Assembly (NCBI GenBank): GCA_036522035.1
Contig: DATDGP010000220.1
Span: 19,407-83,406, forward strand
From: Terriglobales bacterium
GTDB lineage: Bacteria; Acidobacteriota; Terriglobia; Terriglobales; Acidobacteriaceae
Direction: 5' to 3'
DNA length: 64,000 nucleotides
Each line of letters starts with the position of its first letter. Within the stretch, counting starts at the first letter, position 1. The notes beneath the pieces were generated by a model. It had not been told where the DNA came from. It saw only the letters and a list, made by a program, of their open reading frames with translations, and made no database searches. Below are positions 18,801 to 27,936 of the stretch, piece by piece. A program made the translations under genes and the position numbers.

Positions 18801-20042
18801 CAGGGAAAGGATAGAGAAGCCGAGAAGGCGCTGGCCATGCTCGGCAGCTCCCCCGACTACCTGCAAAGCTATGACTACCAGCTGGCCCTAGGAAATATCT
18901 ACAATCAGGAACACGACTCTATCCATGCCATCTCCGCGTTTGCCCACGCCAACCAGCTAGCCGAGGACGATGCCACCGCGGAGCGCGGCCTCGAGCAGGT
19001 AGCGGGCGACGAAGGAACGCAGGTGCTGCCCAGCATCAGCATGCGAAATGGTGTGGCGACGGCGCCTGTGTTCGTTGACGCCACAATTTATCAGATGGAT
19101 AACGCACTCTTAGGCGGACCGCCGTCACCCTACGCGTCGCAGGCCACCGGAGTAGGTGCGACCTTCCATTACAATCACGCCGGTTGGCCGACGATCAATA
19201 GCTTCTTCGGCGAACAGAACTACAACGGTTCTTTCTCTCTCCCCAACCAGGCGTCCATCATCAACCGCAACACGTTTGACACTATCTTCAACGTTGGCAC
19301 AACACCCGTAGTGCGCCTGGGTAACACTCACCTGGTCCTCAACCCGGGGATTCAGTTCATGGTGCAGCGGGACACGGAATCGCCTCAGGAGATGAATCAG
19401 AACCTGTTTCGCACCTATCTCTATCTGAACTCGTCACCGATGTTCCAGTGGCTCACCCTGCGCGGCGGCGCGCTATGGGAAGCCGGTCCGTTCACCGAAC
19501 AGAATCTGCATTCGCGGGACGCGGTGGCCACCATGGAGTTTGAAGTCGGGCGTCCCTGGGGGCACAACTCGATGATCACCGGATACTACGCTCGCGATCT
19601 CCTCTTCCGGCCGGAAATCCGTGAGTTCTTCACCACGTCGACTTGGGGCGGATTGCAGCACAAATTCGGCGAGAACCTGTCAATTACTGTGCTAGCAACG
19701 TACGTGCGCTCGTGGCGCGTGCAGGACCTGGAGTTTACCATCGCGCAAGCTCTGGTGCCGGGAGCCCGCTTTGAATACAAGATCAACAAGACATGGTCGG
19801 TGAGCGGAGCCGGCTACGTAACTCGCGGCCAAGGTTTTGATCTCTACAACAATGTGCAGAGCGGCTTCCTCGTTAATTACACCAAAGGTATGCGCCGCAA
19901 GTTCGATGATGGCAGCGGCTCTCAGACCGTCGATTACCCCATTCGCTTTTCGGTGGGCATGCAGCAGCAATCGTTTTACAACTTTCCCGGAGCGTCGGGC
20001 ACGTCCAGCTTCCGGCCGGTAGTAAATCTTTCCTTCTTTTAG
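15846..20042 (+). CDS. Giant TPR-repeat protein with C-terminal outer-membrane beta-barrel-like domain (BcsC/PgaA/PelB-like architecture)
   Basis: ORF 15675..20042. The likely start is a GTG at 15846-15855, giving the signal peptide VVVVTKSLLGAALFCPLSLVSLGWAQ. About 1000 aa of TPR-like repeats follow. The last ~350 aa (about 18975-20042) show an alternating beta-strand pattern and end in ...VVNLSFF, a C-terminal aromatic OMP signature. Confidence 0.7.
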   Translation: MVVVTKSLLGAALFCPLSLVSLGWAQTFELGGQPSASTQRKPPDKQNNKASASGDVSANQNGLGWGSSIDVGRNQRAAEDALKKGSYAAAMNFAERVTQSAPNNPRNWFLLGYTARLAGKYQVSQDAYARGLAKDPKSIEGLSGSAQTYMRMGNNDEAKRLLLRVIAANPRRPIDLALAGEIFLQTGDPAQATPLLERSEAIQPTAHAEVLLAIAYMKQKQTDKAKQLLDRAMKRNPDNTDVFRAVAQFYRDSRDYKAAIEILQRVPRKTADIHSEIGYTYELAGMKKESAGAYEQAAAMAPQSVTIQLGAAQAVMRNGDLDKARTYLARAAQLDANHYRLHATRGDLAMLERRDSEAAEEYLAALAAMPESPAEGVLYPPQLRLNLIESYRNLDDQNAIQQQLALAEKEMAGIHMEGLERVEYLRVRAAIRGLGNDFAGAEADLKEALALQPDNDKVLLQYGSLLWKTDRKQEAVKVYTTLLEHDDKNRYALEGMGYLSRDLGDNKAAEAYFTRMAEAYPNDYVPYVALGDLYTSLQVFDKAEDNYEKAYKLAPTNTQIIAGGSNAAIDAHQVDLAGDWVARATGVMKNDPRIMRETERYLFLKGKYAESARLGEQAMQKLPHDRDAAVYLAYDYYNLGRYDETLALVSRYETILPKEPNFPLLAGHVHRENQLLQQAIDDFTRTLEKDPQMVEARVNRGYARNDMQDALGAIRDFEPVLKANPDNGIAHLGMAYSNLQLHHAREALTETDKAEKLLGESGPTHMARATAYRQMRALSNAETEYRLALKYSPDDLKIRSALADTLYHARRYSLAITELEAALQLSPDDPLIYANLAAAHSQLDQRAETLKYVELAEREGADQSAILLATGDALMNLGDHSAAMERFARALDAPDANRVDVRLEFAKLFVRESKYEQAKQEVALAFAESRIGEASPLTTDNLVEAANVFLSAHDFALAERYFRKARDLGASDDSVAIGLADTFIAQGKDREAEKALAMLGSSPDYLQSYDYQLALGNIYNQEHDSIHAISAFAHANQLAEDDATAERGLEQVAGDEGTQVLPSISMRNGVATAPVFVDATIYQMDNALLGGPPSPYASQATGVGATFHYNHAGWPTINSFFGEQNYNGSFSLPNQASIINRNTFDTIFNVGTTPVVRLGNTHLVLNPGIQFMVQRDTESPQEMNQNLFRTYLYLNSSPMFQWLTLRGGALWEAGPFTEQNLHSRDAVATMEFEVGRPWGHNSMITGYYARDLLFRPEIREFFTTSTWGGLQHKFGENLSITVLATYVRSWRVQDLEFTIAQALVPGARFEYKINKTWSVSGAGYVTRGQGFDLYNNVQSGFLVNYTKGMRRKFDDGSGSQTVDYPIRFSVGMQQQSFYNFPGASGTSSFRPVVNLSFF

Positions 20043-20056
20043 GTGAAGCGGGGCCC

Positions 20057-21313
20057 ATGAAGATCTGTCTCGTCAGCGCGTTTCCTCCCAGCAAAGTGGT
20101 CTTGAACGAATACGGATATCACGTGGCCAGGGAGCTCAGAACCGACCCCCTGGTCAGCTTGACGGTGATGGCCGACCATCTCGAGTACACCGATCCCGAG
20201 CTGCCAGATTTCGACGTCGAACGCTGCTGGGAAGTCAACCGTTTAAGCAACCATCGCAAGCTGCTGCAGGCAGTGCGCTCCGTGCGACCGGACGTAGTCT
20301 GGTTCAATCTGGTTTTTTCGAGTTTTGGCAATCGTGATAACCCTCTGGCGGCTTTCTCCGGATTGACCCTACCGGCGTTGACCCGCATGGCCGGCTACTA
20401 CACCCACGTTACTTTGCACCACTTGATGGACCATATCGATCTGAACGATACCGGCGTTCGCAACAAGAGTCTGTTCCGTATCGCCGGTAACTTGGCGACA
20501 AGGATGATTCTGGCGGCGAATTCAGTTTCCGTCCTTTTACCAGCCTACCGGCGCACGCTGATCGACAAATATCGCGGCGCCAACATCCACTTTCGGGCCC
20601 ACGGCATTCTTTCGGCGCGACCGGAGTATCCCGACTTCTCGCGGCGAGGCGACCCGGAGCATCGCATCTTGGCGTTTGGGAAGTGGGGTACGTACAAGCG
20701 CTGCGAGCTGCTGATCGAAGCGTTTGAAGACGAGATCGCGTTGCGCATGCCGAACGCCCGGCTGGTGATCGCAGGATCGAACAATCCCAACTCGCCAGGC
20801 TACATTGAGTCTTTGCGGGAAAGGACGAACAGTCCGCGAATCGAATTCGTTGGCTACGTTCCCGAAGAAAACATTCCGGAGATATTCGGGAACGCATCGG
20901 TGCTGGTCTTACCCTACACGTCAGCAGCCGGGTCGAGCGGCGTTGCCCATCTGGCGGCGCAGCATGGGGTGCCGATCATCTCCGCCGACGTCCCCGACTT
21001 CCGCGAGATGTCTGAGAATGAGGGCCTGGCCATCAAGTTTTATCCGATCGGCAAAAAATTAGAGCTGGCCCGGCAGATCATGGAGCTGTTGCAGTCGCAA
21101 GAAGAACTGCGGAAAATGGGAGAGCAGAACTTTTCGGCGGCATTGCGCATGACTATGCCTCAGGTTATCCGCCAGTACGTGCGCTCGTTCGATCGTCACC
21201 GGCGAGCTCGATCACTCGAAGAAATCTCACGTTTCCGCCGGCTGCCTTCGTGGATGCCTTCGCGCTCGACCATCTATCGCGCCTCGACGCAACGTTGGGG
21301 CAGTTGGCTGTAA
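20057..21313 (+). CDS. Glycosyltransferase family 4 (GT-B fold, group 1)
   Basis: 418 aa, starting 14 nt after the TPR/barrel gene. The C-terminal GT1 core is present (RLVIAGSNNP...IEFVGYVPEENIPEIFGNASVLVLPY...SSGVAHLAAQHGVPIIS). Confidence 0.8.
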   Translation: MKICLVSAFPPSKVVLNEYGYHVARELRTDPLVSLTVMADHLEYTDPELPDFDVERCWEVNRLSNHRKLLQAVRSVRPDVVWFNLVFSSFGNRDNPLAAFSGLTLPALTRMAGYYTHVTLHHLMDHIDLNDTGVRNKSLFRIAGNLATRMILAANSVSVLLPAYRRTLIDKYRGANIHFRAHGILSARPEYPDFSRRGDPEHRILAFGKWGTYKRCELLIEAFEDEIALRMPNARLVIAGSNNPNSPGYIESLRERTNSPRIEFVGYVPEENIPEIFGNASVLVLPYTSAAGSSGVAHLAAQHGVPIISADVPDFREMSENEGLAIKFYPIGKKLELARQIMELLQSQEELRKMGEQNFSAALRMTMPQVIRQYVRSFDRHRRARSLEEISRFRRLPSWMPSRSTIYRASTQRWGSWL

Positions 21314-21323
21314 GGCTGGGAGG

Positions 21324-22763
21324 CTAGGATTGCGCGGCCGCCGGAACCTTGGCGTGGACAAAAGCAACGGCTTCCTCTAGCAGTTCTTTGACCAACTTTG
21401 GTGAAGACGCTTCCGAATAAATCCGCATCAGCGGCTCGGTTCCCGACGAACGAAGCAACAGCCACGCCTCGGCGCCGCGGTCGTGGATGGGCGTCTCCAG
21501 GTAGAACTTGATGCCGTCGAGGTTGTCCTTGCGCAGGATCTTGTAGCGGCCGAGCGTCCGGGTGGCGGGATCGGCGGCGCGGCTGATGGCGTCTTGCTTG
21601 ATGTCATTGCTGACAGAGAGATCGCGGCGCGCGTAAAAGTGTGGCCCAAACTCCCGTTGTACCGCAGCCACCAGCTCTCCCAGGCTCTTGCCTTCGTCGG
21701 CCATCACGTTGGCTAGCAGCAGTGAGTTCAGGATGCCGTCGCGCTCGGGAAGAAACCGTTGAAAGCCAATGCCGCCCGATTCTTCTCCACCGATCAGGAT
21801 TTGCCGCTCCATCATCAGGTCACAGATGTACTTGAAGCCGATGCCGCACTCGATCAGCTTGCGCCCATGCTTGGCGGCAATGCGGTCGAGCATGCGCGTG
21901 GTGTTGAAGGCACGAACCACGTCGCCGGGCCATTCTTTGTGCGTCACCAGCCAATGCAGCAGGATGGAAAACACTTTGTGGGAATCGACGAAAGCGCCAT
22001 CTTCACTGGCAGCCCCGATACGGTCGGCATCGCCGTCGGTCACGAACCCGGCGTGGCAATGTTCCCTGACCACGGTTTCCTGGAGCATGCGCACGTGCGG
22101 TTCGATGGGCTCGGGATTGATCCCGGGGAATAACGGGTTGACGTCACTCCTGATCTGCACATGGCTGATGCCACGCGCGGAGAAGATGCCAGCAAGCACA
22201 TTGCGACCGGCACCGTACATGCAGTCGATCGCGAACTTGAATCCGACCTTGGCGATCTTGTCTAGGTCGGCGAAACGGGTGATGGCCGTGACGTAGGCGG
22301 GCTTGAAATCGGTTTCTTCGATCTTAGCCGGCTTGCCCTTAGGCATGACGCCAGCACGGACTTCAGCTTCAATCTGGGCGATGATCCCCGGAGTCGCCGA
22401 ACCGCCATAGGTGGCCTTGAATTTCACCCCGTTCCAGTTCCAGGGATTGTGGCTGGAAGTGATCATCACCCCGCCGGCCGCGCCCAGGTTCTTGACGGCA
22501 TAGGAAAGCGCGGGCGTCGGCGTGTAATCGCTGGCAATTTTTACAGGGATTCCAGCCGCGGCCAGCACCTCAGCACTGGCTTCGGCAAAGCGGCGCGAAC
22601 CGAAGCGTGTATCGTAGCCGATCACGATACCGTGCGCCGGATTCTCCTTTTTGAGCACGTAGGACGCGATCGCGCCGGCTACGCGGCGAACGTTCTCAAA
22701 GGTGTAATCATCGGCGATCACGCCGCGCCAGCCGTCGGTCCCGAACTTGATCTCAGCTACCAT
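21324..22763 (-). CDS. Phosphomannomutase/phosphoglucomutase family protein
   Basis: 479 aa with the active-site Ser loop GGVMITSSHNPWNWNGVKF, metal-binding FVTDGDADRIG, and the sugar-binding GGEESGG motif. Confidence 0.9.
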   Translation of the reverse strand: MVAEIKFGTDGWRGVIADDYTFENVRRVAGAIASYVLKKENPAHGIVIGYDTRFGSRRFAEASAEVLAAAGIPVKIASDYTPTPALSYAVKNLGAAGGVMITSSHNPWNWNGVKFKATYGGSATPGIIAQIEAEVRAGVMPKGKPAKIEETDFKPAYVTAITRFADLDKIAKVGFKFAIDCMYGAGRNVLAGIFSARGISHVQIRSDVNPLFPGINPEPIEPHVRMLQETVVREHCHAGFVTDGDADRIGAASEDGAFVDSHKVFSILLHWLVTHKEWPGDVVRAFNTTRMLDRIAAKHGRKLIECGIGFKYICDLMMERQILIGGEESGGIGFQRFLPERDGILNSLLLANVMADEGKSLGELVAAVQREFGPHFYARRDLSVSNDIKQDAISRAADPATRTLGRYKILRKDNLDGIKFYLETPIHDRGAEAWLLLRSSGTEPLMRIYSEASSPKLVKELLEEAVAFVHAKVPAAAQS

Positions 22764-22771
22764 CCACCCTC

Positions 22772-23878
22772 TCAGACCAGGTCCGTCAGTTCCTTCTCGG
22801 TCAAGTACTTCACAACCTTGCTCACGTCCTGGGAGTGTTCGCGTGTGGTTATCAGGATCGCGTCTTCCGTCTCAACTACAACCAGATCCTTCACGCCTAC
22901 CGCGGCTACGAACTTCTTAGGTGCGTAAACATAGTTACCGGCGGAATTCAGCAGGTAGAAATCCTTGGCATCAACAACATTGCGTCCATCTTCTTTCAAG
23001 TGCAGGGCGTAGTGATCATATAAGGCTGCCCAGGAGCCAAGATCGTTCCAGCCAAAGCCCGCGCGCAGGCAATAGAGATTCGAGGACTGTTGACCTTTGG
23101 CGGATCTCGGTTCGAGCACAGCATAATCAATGCTGATGTTCTCGCACTTGGCATAGAGGCGGACGAAGATCTTCTCGAACTCATGCGTGCCCCAGGCCGC
23201 GGCAATTTCCTCCAGATAGGGCGCGCTCTCGGAAAAATGCTCGCGCAGAGCCTGGCAAAGCGTGCTCGCGCTCCACACGAAGATGCCGCTGTTCCAGTAG
23301 TAGTTGCCGGAGGCGATGAATTCGTCCGCGCGTTGCTGATTGGGCTTCTCGGTGAATCGCGTGACGCGCACGAGTTCGCGGTCCATCTCGTTTCCAGCCT
23401 CGATGTAGCCGTATCCGGTTTCCGCGCGGTTCGGCTCAATGCCCATGACCACAATGTTGTTGCCTTCGCCGGCGAGATCCGCGGCGCGGCCGAGAAGGCG
23501 CCGGAACTCCTGCTCGTCGCCGATGACGTGATCGGCAGGAAACATGCCGATGATCGATTCCGGGTCCAGCCTCTCCAGCAGAAATGCGGCCAGCCCGATT
23601 GCGGGCGCGGTGTTGCGCGGCTCGGGTTCGACGATCACGTGTTTGCGGGGAATCTTGGGGAGCTGGCGCTGAATTTCTTCGCCGACGAATTCGTTGGTGA
23701 TAATCCAAAAGTCTGAAGCCGGGCTCAGTGGGAGCAGCCGGTCCACGGTCTTTTGGATCATGCTCTGTTTGCCTTCGAGAGCCAGTACCTGTTTGGCCTG
23801 TCGGCGGCGGCTCCGCGGCCAGAACCGAGTACCGCTGCCTCCGGCGATAATCACGGGATGGAAACGATGCTTCTTCAA
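22772..23878 (-). CDS. manC: Mannose-1-phosphate guanylyltransferase
   Basis: 368 aa with the N-terminal nucleotidyltransferase signature VIIAGGSGTRFWPRSR. There is no C-terminal isomerase (cupin) domain. Confidence 0.85.
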   Translation of the reverse strand: MKKHRFHPVIIAGGSGTRFWPRSRRRQAKQVLALEGKQSMIQKTVDRLLPLSPASDFWIITNEFVGEEIQRQLPKIPRKHVIVEPEPRNTAPAIGLAAFLLERLDPESIIGMFPADHVIGDEQEFRRLLGRAADLAGEGNNIVVMGIEPNRAETGYGYIEAGNEMDRELVRVTRFTEKPNQQRADEFIASGNYYWNSGIFVWSASTLCQALREHFSESAPYLEEIAAAWGTHEFEKIFVRLYAKCENISIDYAVLEPRSAKGQQSSNLYCLRAGFGWNDLGSWAALYDHYALHLKEDGRNVVDAKDFYLLNSAGNYVYAPKKFVAAVGVKDLVVVETEDAILITTREHSQDVSKVVKYLTEKELTDLV

Positions 23879-23934
23879 AACAGGAACTCCTGGACCGATC
23901 GGGCTAATCGGCTAGGTTGCACTTCTGCGTTGCC

Positions 23935-24966
23935 TCACTCGACACGAGTCGCCCTCTCCCGCGCCGGCTTTGCCACCAGCGACGTCGCCGGTTGAGCCAC
24001 CCCCTCCGCCGGCAAGGAAGAGCACAGGAACTCGATCTCGCTTTGCGGCTTCAGGACAAACTGGCCCACGGCCGCGGGGACAACCACGGCTTGGCCCGTT
24101 GCAAATGTTATTGGCAGCGAGCCACTGCACTCAATCATTCCGCACCCGGCGATCGCCACCAAACACCACGGGCTGCCACCTGTGTGGCGTGGCCGCTGGA
24201 ACTGCCAGGGTTGCGTCAAATGGAACTTGTCAACGATAAAGCTGGGCGAAGTAAGAAGGTTAACCTGGATCTTGCCAGCAGCAGCCTCCTCGTGACCAGC
24301 GTGCACCTTTCCGGCCAAGGTCTGCTCTTTGGCGGCGCGCAGGCCATCGGCGATGTGGAGCTCGCGCGGGCGTCCATAGTCGTAGAGCCGGTACGTGGTA
24401 TCGGAATTCTGCTGGGTCTCCACGATCACAGCTCCGGCGCCGATAGCGTGGATGGTCCCCGCGTCGACATAGTACATGTCGCCGGGATGAACGTCGATCC
24501 AGTTCAACAAGTGCTCCATACGCACGTCGAGAATCGCTTGCTCGACTTCGGCCTTTCTGGTTCCCGGCTTCAAGCCCAAGCCAATCTGCGCGCCGGGTTC
24601 CGCTTTAAGGACGTACCAACACTCGGTCTTTCCGCACGGCTGCCCCAACAGTGCAGCTGCTTCGTCGTCAGGATGAACCTGGACGGACAGCTTCTCCCGA
24701 GGAAACAGAAACTTGATCAGCAGCGGAAAGCGCGAACCATCGAGCGCCGAGTCGCCCAGGAATCGTATGCCATAGTCGCGGCTGAGATCCGCTAGCGTGC
24801 ACCCGGCCAGCGGACCGTTAGTGACTTTGCAATTATCGCCCGTCAGCCAGACCTCGCCCACCGGCCCACCGGCCGGTTGTTGCGAGTAGATCGGCGCCAG
24901 ATTCGTGCTGCCCCACACTCGCTCGTGAAATTCCGGCGACAGAAGTAATGGATATAAATCAAGCAT
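23935..24966 (-). CDS. manA: Class I mannose-6-phosphate isomerase
   Basis: 343 aa with YPLLLSPEFHERVWGS at the N-terminus, metal-binding LSVQVHPDD, and a ...YVDAGTIHAIG cupin core. Confidence 0.85.
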   Translation of the reverse strand: MLDLYPLLLSPEFHERVWGSTNLAPIYSQQPAGGPVGEVWLTGDNCKVTNGPLAGCTLADLSRDYGIRFLGDSALDGSRFPLLIKFLFPREKLSVQVHPDDEAAALLGQPCGKTECWYVLKAEPGAQIGLGLKPGTRKAEVEQAILDVRMEHLLNWIDVHPGDMYYVDAGTIHAIGAGAVIVETQQNSDTTYRLYDYGRPRELHIADGLRAAKEQTLAGKVHAGHEEAAAGKIQVNLLTSPSFIVDKFHLTQPWQFQRPRHTGGSPWCLVAIAGCGMIECSGSLPITFATGQAVVVPAAVGQFVLKPQSEIEFLCSSLPAEGVAQPATSLVAKPARERATRVE

Positions 24967-25104
24967 GATTGCCTGTGAGGGGATGGCAGCTTCGCTTAAA
25001 GACTCGGAAACCTTAGAATCTAAAAAGATGAGGGGCGTTGTCCTCAGCTGTTCTATACTTCCACGCCTCTATCGCAGCTTTTCCCGCTGTTGGTTCGAGC
25101 GTTT

Positions 25105-26298
25105 TCAGAGCCCGGCAAACCACGTTCGCATCCTCTCCAGGCCGCGCCTGATTTCAGCCGACGAAGTCGCGTACGACAGACGGATGTGTTCGCGCGTTCC
25201 AAAGGCCTCGCCAGGCACTGTAACTACGTGAGCTTCGTGCAGCAGACGCTTGGCGACCTCGGCCGCAGAGTTGAGGCTGGCCTTCCCGAAATACGCCGAC
25301 ACGTTGGGATAAACGTAAAAGGCCCCCTCCGGACGCACGCAGGTAATGCCCGGAATTTTATCGAGTTCGGCCAGCGTGAGGTCGCGTAGCCGGATGTACT
25401 CGGCTTTCATGTCGGCCACGCATTGTTGCGGACCGTTTAGGGCAGCGACGGCAGCCTTCTGAATCATGTGCGCGGTGCTGGAGGTGCTCTGGCTTTGCAA
25501 CTTGGCCATCGCGGCCGTGATCGGCGCGGGCGCCAGCGCGAAGCCGAGACGCCATCCGGTCATGGCGTAGGTCTTGGAGAGCGAACCAGCGATTACCAAA
25601 TGTTCCCGGACGTCGGACACCGAGCCCGCGGAGAATGGCCGGCCACTGTAGTTCAGATAGACGTAGCACTCGTCAGCGATCACGTAGATGCCGCGCTCGG
25701 ACGCCAGCCGTAGAATCGCCGTGAAGTCTTCCGGGGCCATCACCGCGCCGCTGGGGTTGTTGGGCGTGTTCAAAATGATGGCGCGGGTACGCTCAGTGAT
25801 CTTATGTTCGATCATCTCTGGCGTCAGGCGGAAACCCGTGCTCTCGTCGGTGTCGATGTAGACGCAGCGGCCGCCCGCGTACTCGATGATGTCCTTGAAC
25901 GAGACCCAGTAAGGGACGGGAAGGATCACCTCGTCACCGTGATCCACGAGCACTTGCAGGGCGTTGAACAGCGCGAGTTTACCGCCCGTCGAGGCGATGG
26001 CCTCCTCCGGCTTGTAGTTGGAACCGAAGTCGGCGGCGTGGCGCTTCACCAGAGCGGCACGCAGTTCGGGTATGCCGGGCACCGCAGTATAGCGCGTATA
26101 GTCCTGCTGAATGGCAGTGATCGCGGCGTCTTTGATATGTTGCGGCGTGGAAAAATGCGGCTCGCCGGCGCCAAACTCGACTAGGTCCGCGCCTGCAGCT
26201 TTCAGTTTGGCAGCCTCCGCTACCACCGCCATGGTGGCCGAGACTTCAATGCGGTTGATACGATCACTGAACTGCTTGACTGCGGGTAGGGTCGGCAT
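25105..26298 (-). CDS. Pyridoxal-phosphate-dependent aminotransferase (aspartate aminotransferase-like, class I)
   Basis: 397 aa with the PLP-lysine region SLSKTYAMTGWRLG and NTPNNPSGAV. Confidence 0.9.
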   Translation of the reverse strand: MPTLPAVKQFSDRINRIEVSATMAVVAEAAKLKAAGADLVEFGAGEPHFSTPQHIKDAAITAIQQDYTRYTAVPGIPELRAALVKRHAADFGSNYKPEEAIASTGGKLALFNALQVLVDHGDEVILPVPYWVSFKDIIEYAGGRCVYIDTDESTGFRLTPEMIEHKITERTRAIILNTPNNPSGAVMAPEDFTAILRLASERGIYVIADECYVYLNYSGRPFSAGSVSDVREHLVIAGSLSKTYAMTGWRLGFALAPAPITAAMAKLQSQSTSSTAHMIQKAAVAALNGPQQCVADMKAEYIRLRDLTLAELDKIPGITCVRPEGAFYVYPNVSAYFGKASLNSAAEVAKRLLHEAHVVTVPGEAFGTREHIRLSYATSSAEIRRGLERMRTWFAGL

Positions 26299-26310
26299 TG
26301 TTTGCCTCTC

Positions 26311-26811
26311 TCAGATTCTCGCTGCGGCGCCGTGAAATTTATCGCGCAACCTGGTTTCCACCAGCTCCGGCACCAAGCCGCGCACCGAACCGCCCAGCCG
26401 GAAAACCTCTTTCACCAGTTTGGAACTCAGATACGAATAGGTTTCCGCCGGCATCATGAAAATTGTTTCCAATTGCGGCTGCAGTTTGCGGTTCATAAGC
26501 GCCATCTGCAGCTCGTACTCATAGTCGCTGATGGCGCGGATGCCACGCAACACCGCCTTGGCCTTCTGCTGCATGGCGTAATCCACCAGCAATCCTTCAA
26601 AGGTGTCAACGCGGACGTTATCGTAGCGTTGAACCATCTCTTCGAGCATCCCGCGCCGCTCGTCGACCGAGAACAGCGGGTCCTTCTCAGCGTTGCGCAG
26701 AATGGCCACGATCAGTTCATCAAAAATCTTGCGGCCGCGCTCAATCAAGTCGAGATGCCCGTTGGTGAGCGGGTCAAACGAGCCCGGATAAATGGCGCGT
26801 ACCAGGTTCAA
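26311..26811 (-). CDS. coaD: Pantetheine-phosphate adenylyltransferase
   Basis: 166 aa with YPGSFDPLTNGHLDLIERG (HxGH-type nucleotidyltransferase motif) and the ISDYEYE block. Confidence 0.95.
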   Translation of the reverse strand: MNLVRAIYPGSFDPLTNGHLDLIERGRKIFDELIVAILRNAEKDPLFSVDERRGMLEEMVQRYDNVRVDTFEGLLVDYAMQQKAKAVLRGIRAISDYEYELQMALMNRKLQPQLETIFMMPAETYSYLSSKLVKEVFRLGGSVRGLVPELVETRLRDKFHGAAARI

Positions 26812-26892
26812 GTCAATTTCCCTGAGTTGAGATGCCGCTGAATTCTGATTCTAAGCCGGATCGACGGGAGGGGCAACGTGCAATTGCGGTCT

Positions 26893-27666
26893 TCAGGCGG
26901 AATGCGCGCGCCGAGAACGCGCCGCCGATGACCCCGGCGGACGCCCGGCGGCTTTGCCGTGGCTTGCCACCAGCTTGAGCTTTGGCGGCGATGGCTGGCG
27001 ACCGCGCAAAGACCAGGCTTCATCCCAGAGGCGAAAACCCCCCAGAAAAGCAAAGGAATTGTGGCCCGCTCGACAACCCGGAGGCAGTGCTTTGAGCTTC
27101 TTGACGTTGCCGCCGCCGATCACCACGTCGTCCGGCTGCAAGGCGGCGATAATCCGCGTCACACCATCCTCCACATAGCGCTGCCATCGTTTCTTGCCAA
27201 AGCGCTTCAGCCCGCCCGCACCCAGATACTGTTCGTAGGTCCCTTTGCTATAAGGAACCTGGCCGAGTTCGAGCGGCACCACCACATTCTCTTCAATAAT
27301 TGCCGAGCCCAGACCGGTCCCCAGTCCCACGAAGAGCATCAGCCCGCCGCGATAGCTGCCGAACGCCTGCATGGCGGCGTCGTTCATGATTTTCACCGGG
27401 CACCGGAACGCGGCGGCAAAGTTGAACCGTAACCATCCTTGCGCGAGATTGCCTGGCTCGGCGGTTGGCCGCCCGTGGTGCACCCGCCCCGGATAGCCGA
27501 TCGACACCACGTCATATTGCCAGTCCGAGGTCAGCTTCTTGACCTGCGCGACCATCTGCTTGGGTGTCAGCTTCCGGCCGGAAGGAAACTTTCGCGGCTC
27601 GTTCTGCCCGCTCACCAGAACCTTCACATTGGTGCCGCCGATATCGATGGCCAGGACTTTCATCAA
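26893..27666 (-). CDS. ROK-family sugar kinase (glucokinase/polyphosphate glucokinase-like)
   Basis: 257 aa with the N-terminal ATPase motif KVLAIDIGGTNVKV and the later GLGTGLGSA motif. Confidence 0.7.
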   Translation of the reverse strand: MMKVLAIDIGGTNVKVLVSGQNEPRKFPSGRKLTPKQMVAQVKKLTSDWQYDVVSIGYPGRVHHGRPTAEPGNLAQGWLRFNFAAAFRCPVKIMNDAAMQAFGSYRGGLMLFVGLGTGLGSAIIEENVVVPLELGQVPYSKGTYEQYLGAGGLKRFGKKRWQRYVEDGVTRIIAALQPDDVVIGGGNVKKLKALPPGCRAGHNSFAFLGGFRLWDEAWSLRGRQPSPPKLKLVASHGKAAGRPPGSSAARSRRAHSA

Positions 27667-27936
27667 ACCTCTAGACGCCCGTCGGCCGTAACGCGATGGG
27701 CGCCTTGGTATTCTGATGCGTCTTGGCTCGGGGGCGCTTGCAGCATGCCAGCGATTGCGATGTTAGCTACGGGAAAGATTCGGTACCGCCGAGATCAATT
27801 TTTTACTTATATGCAGACGGCAACACTCCCGGAGATTATTAGGTGAGCCATCGTGTAATCCCACTGCTCATTCCTTACATCTCATAAGTGCTGGCTTAAC
27901 TAATCTGTTTCCAGCCCAGCGCAGACGACTGCCCTC

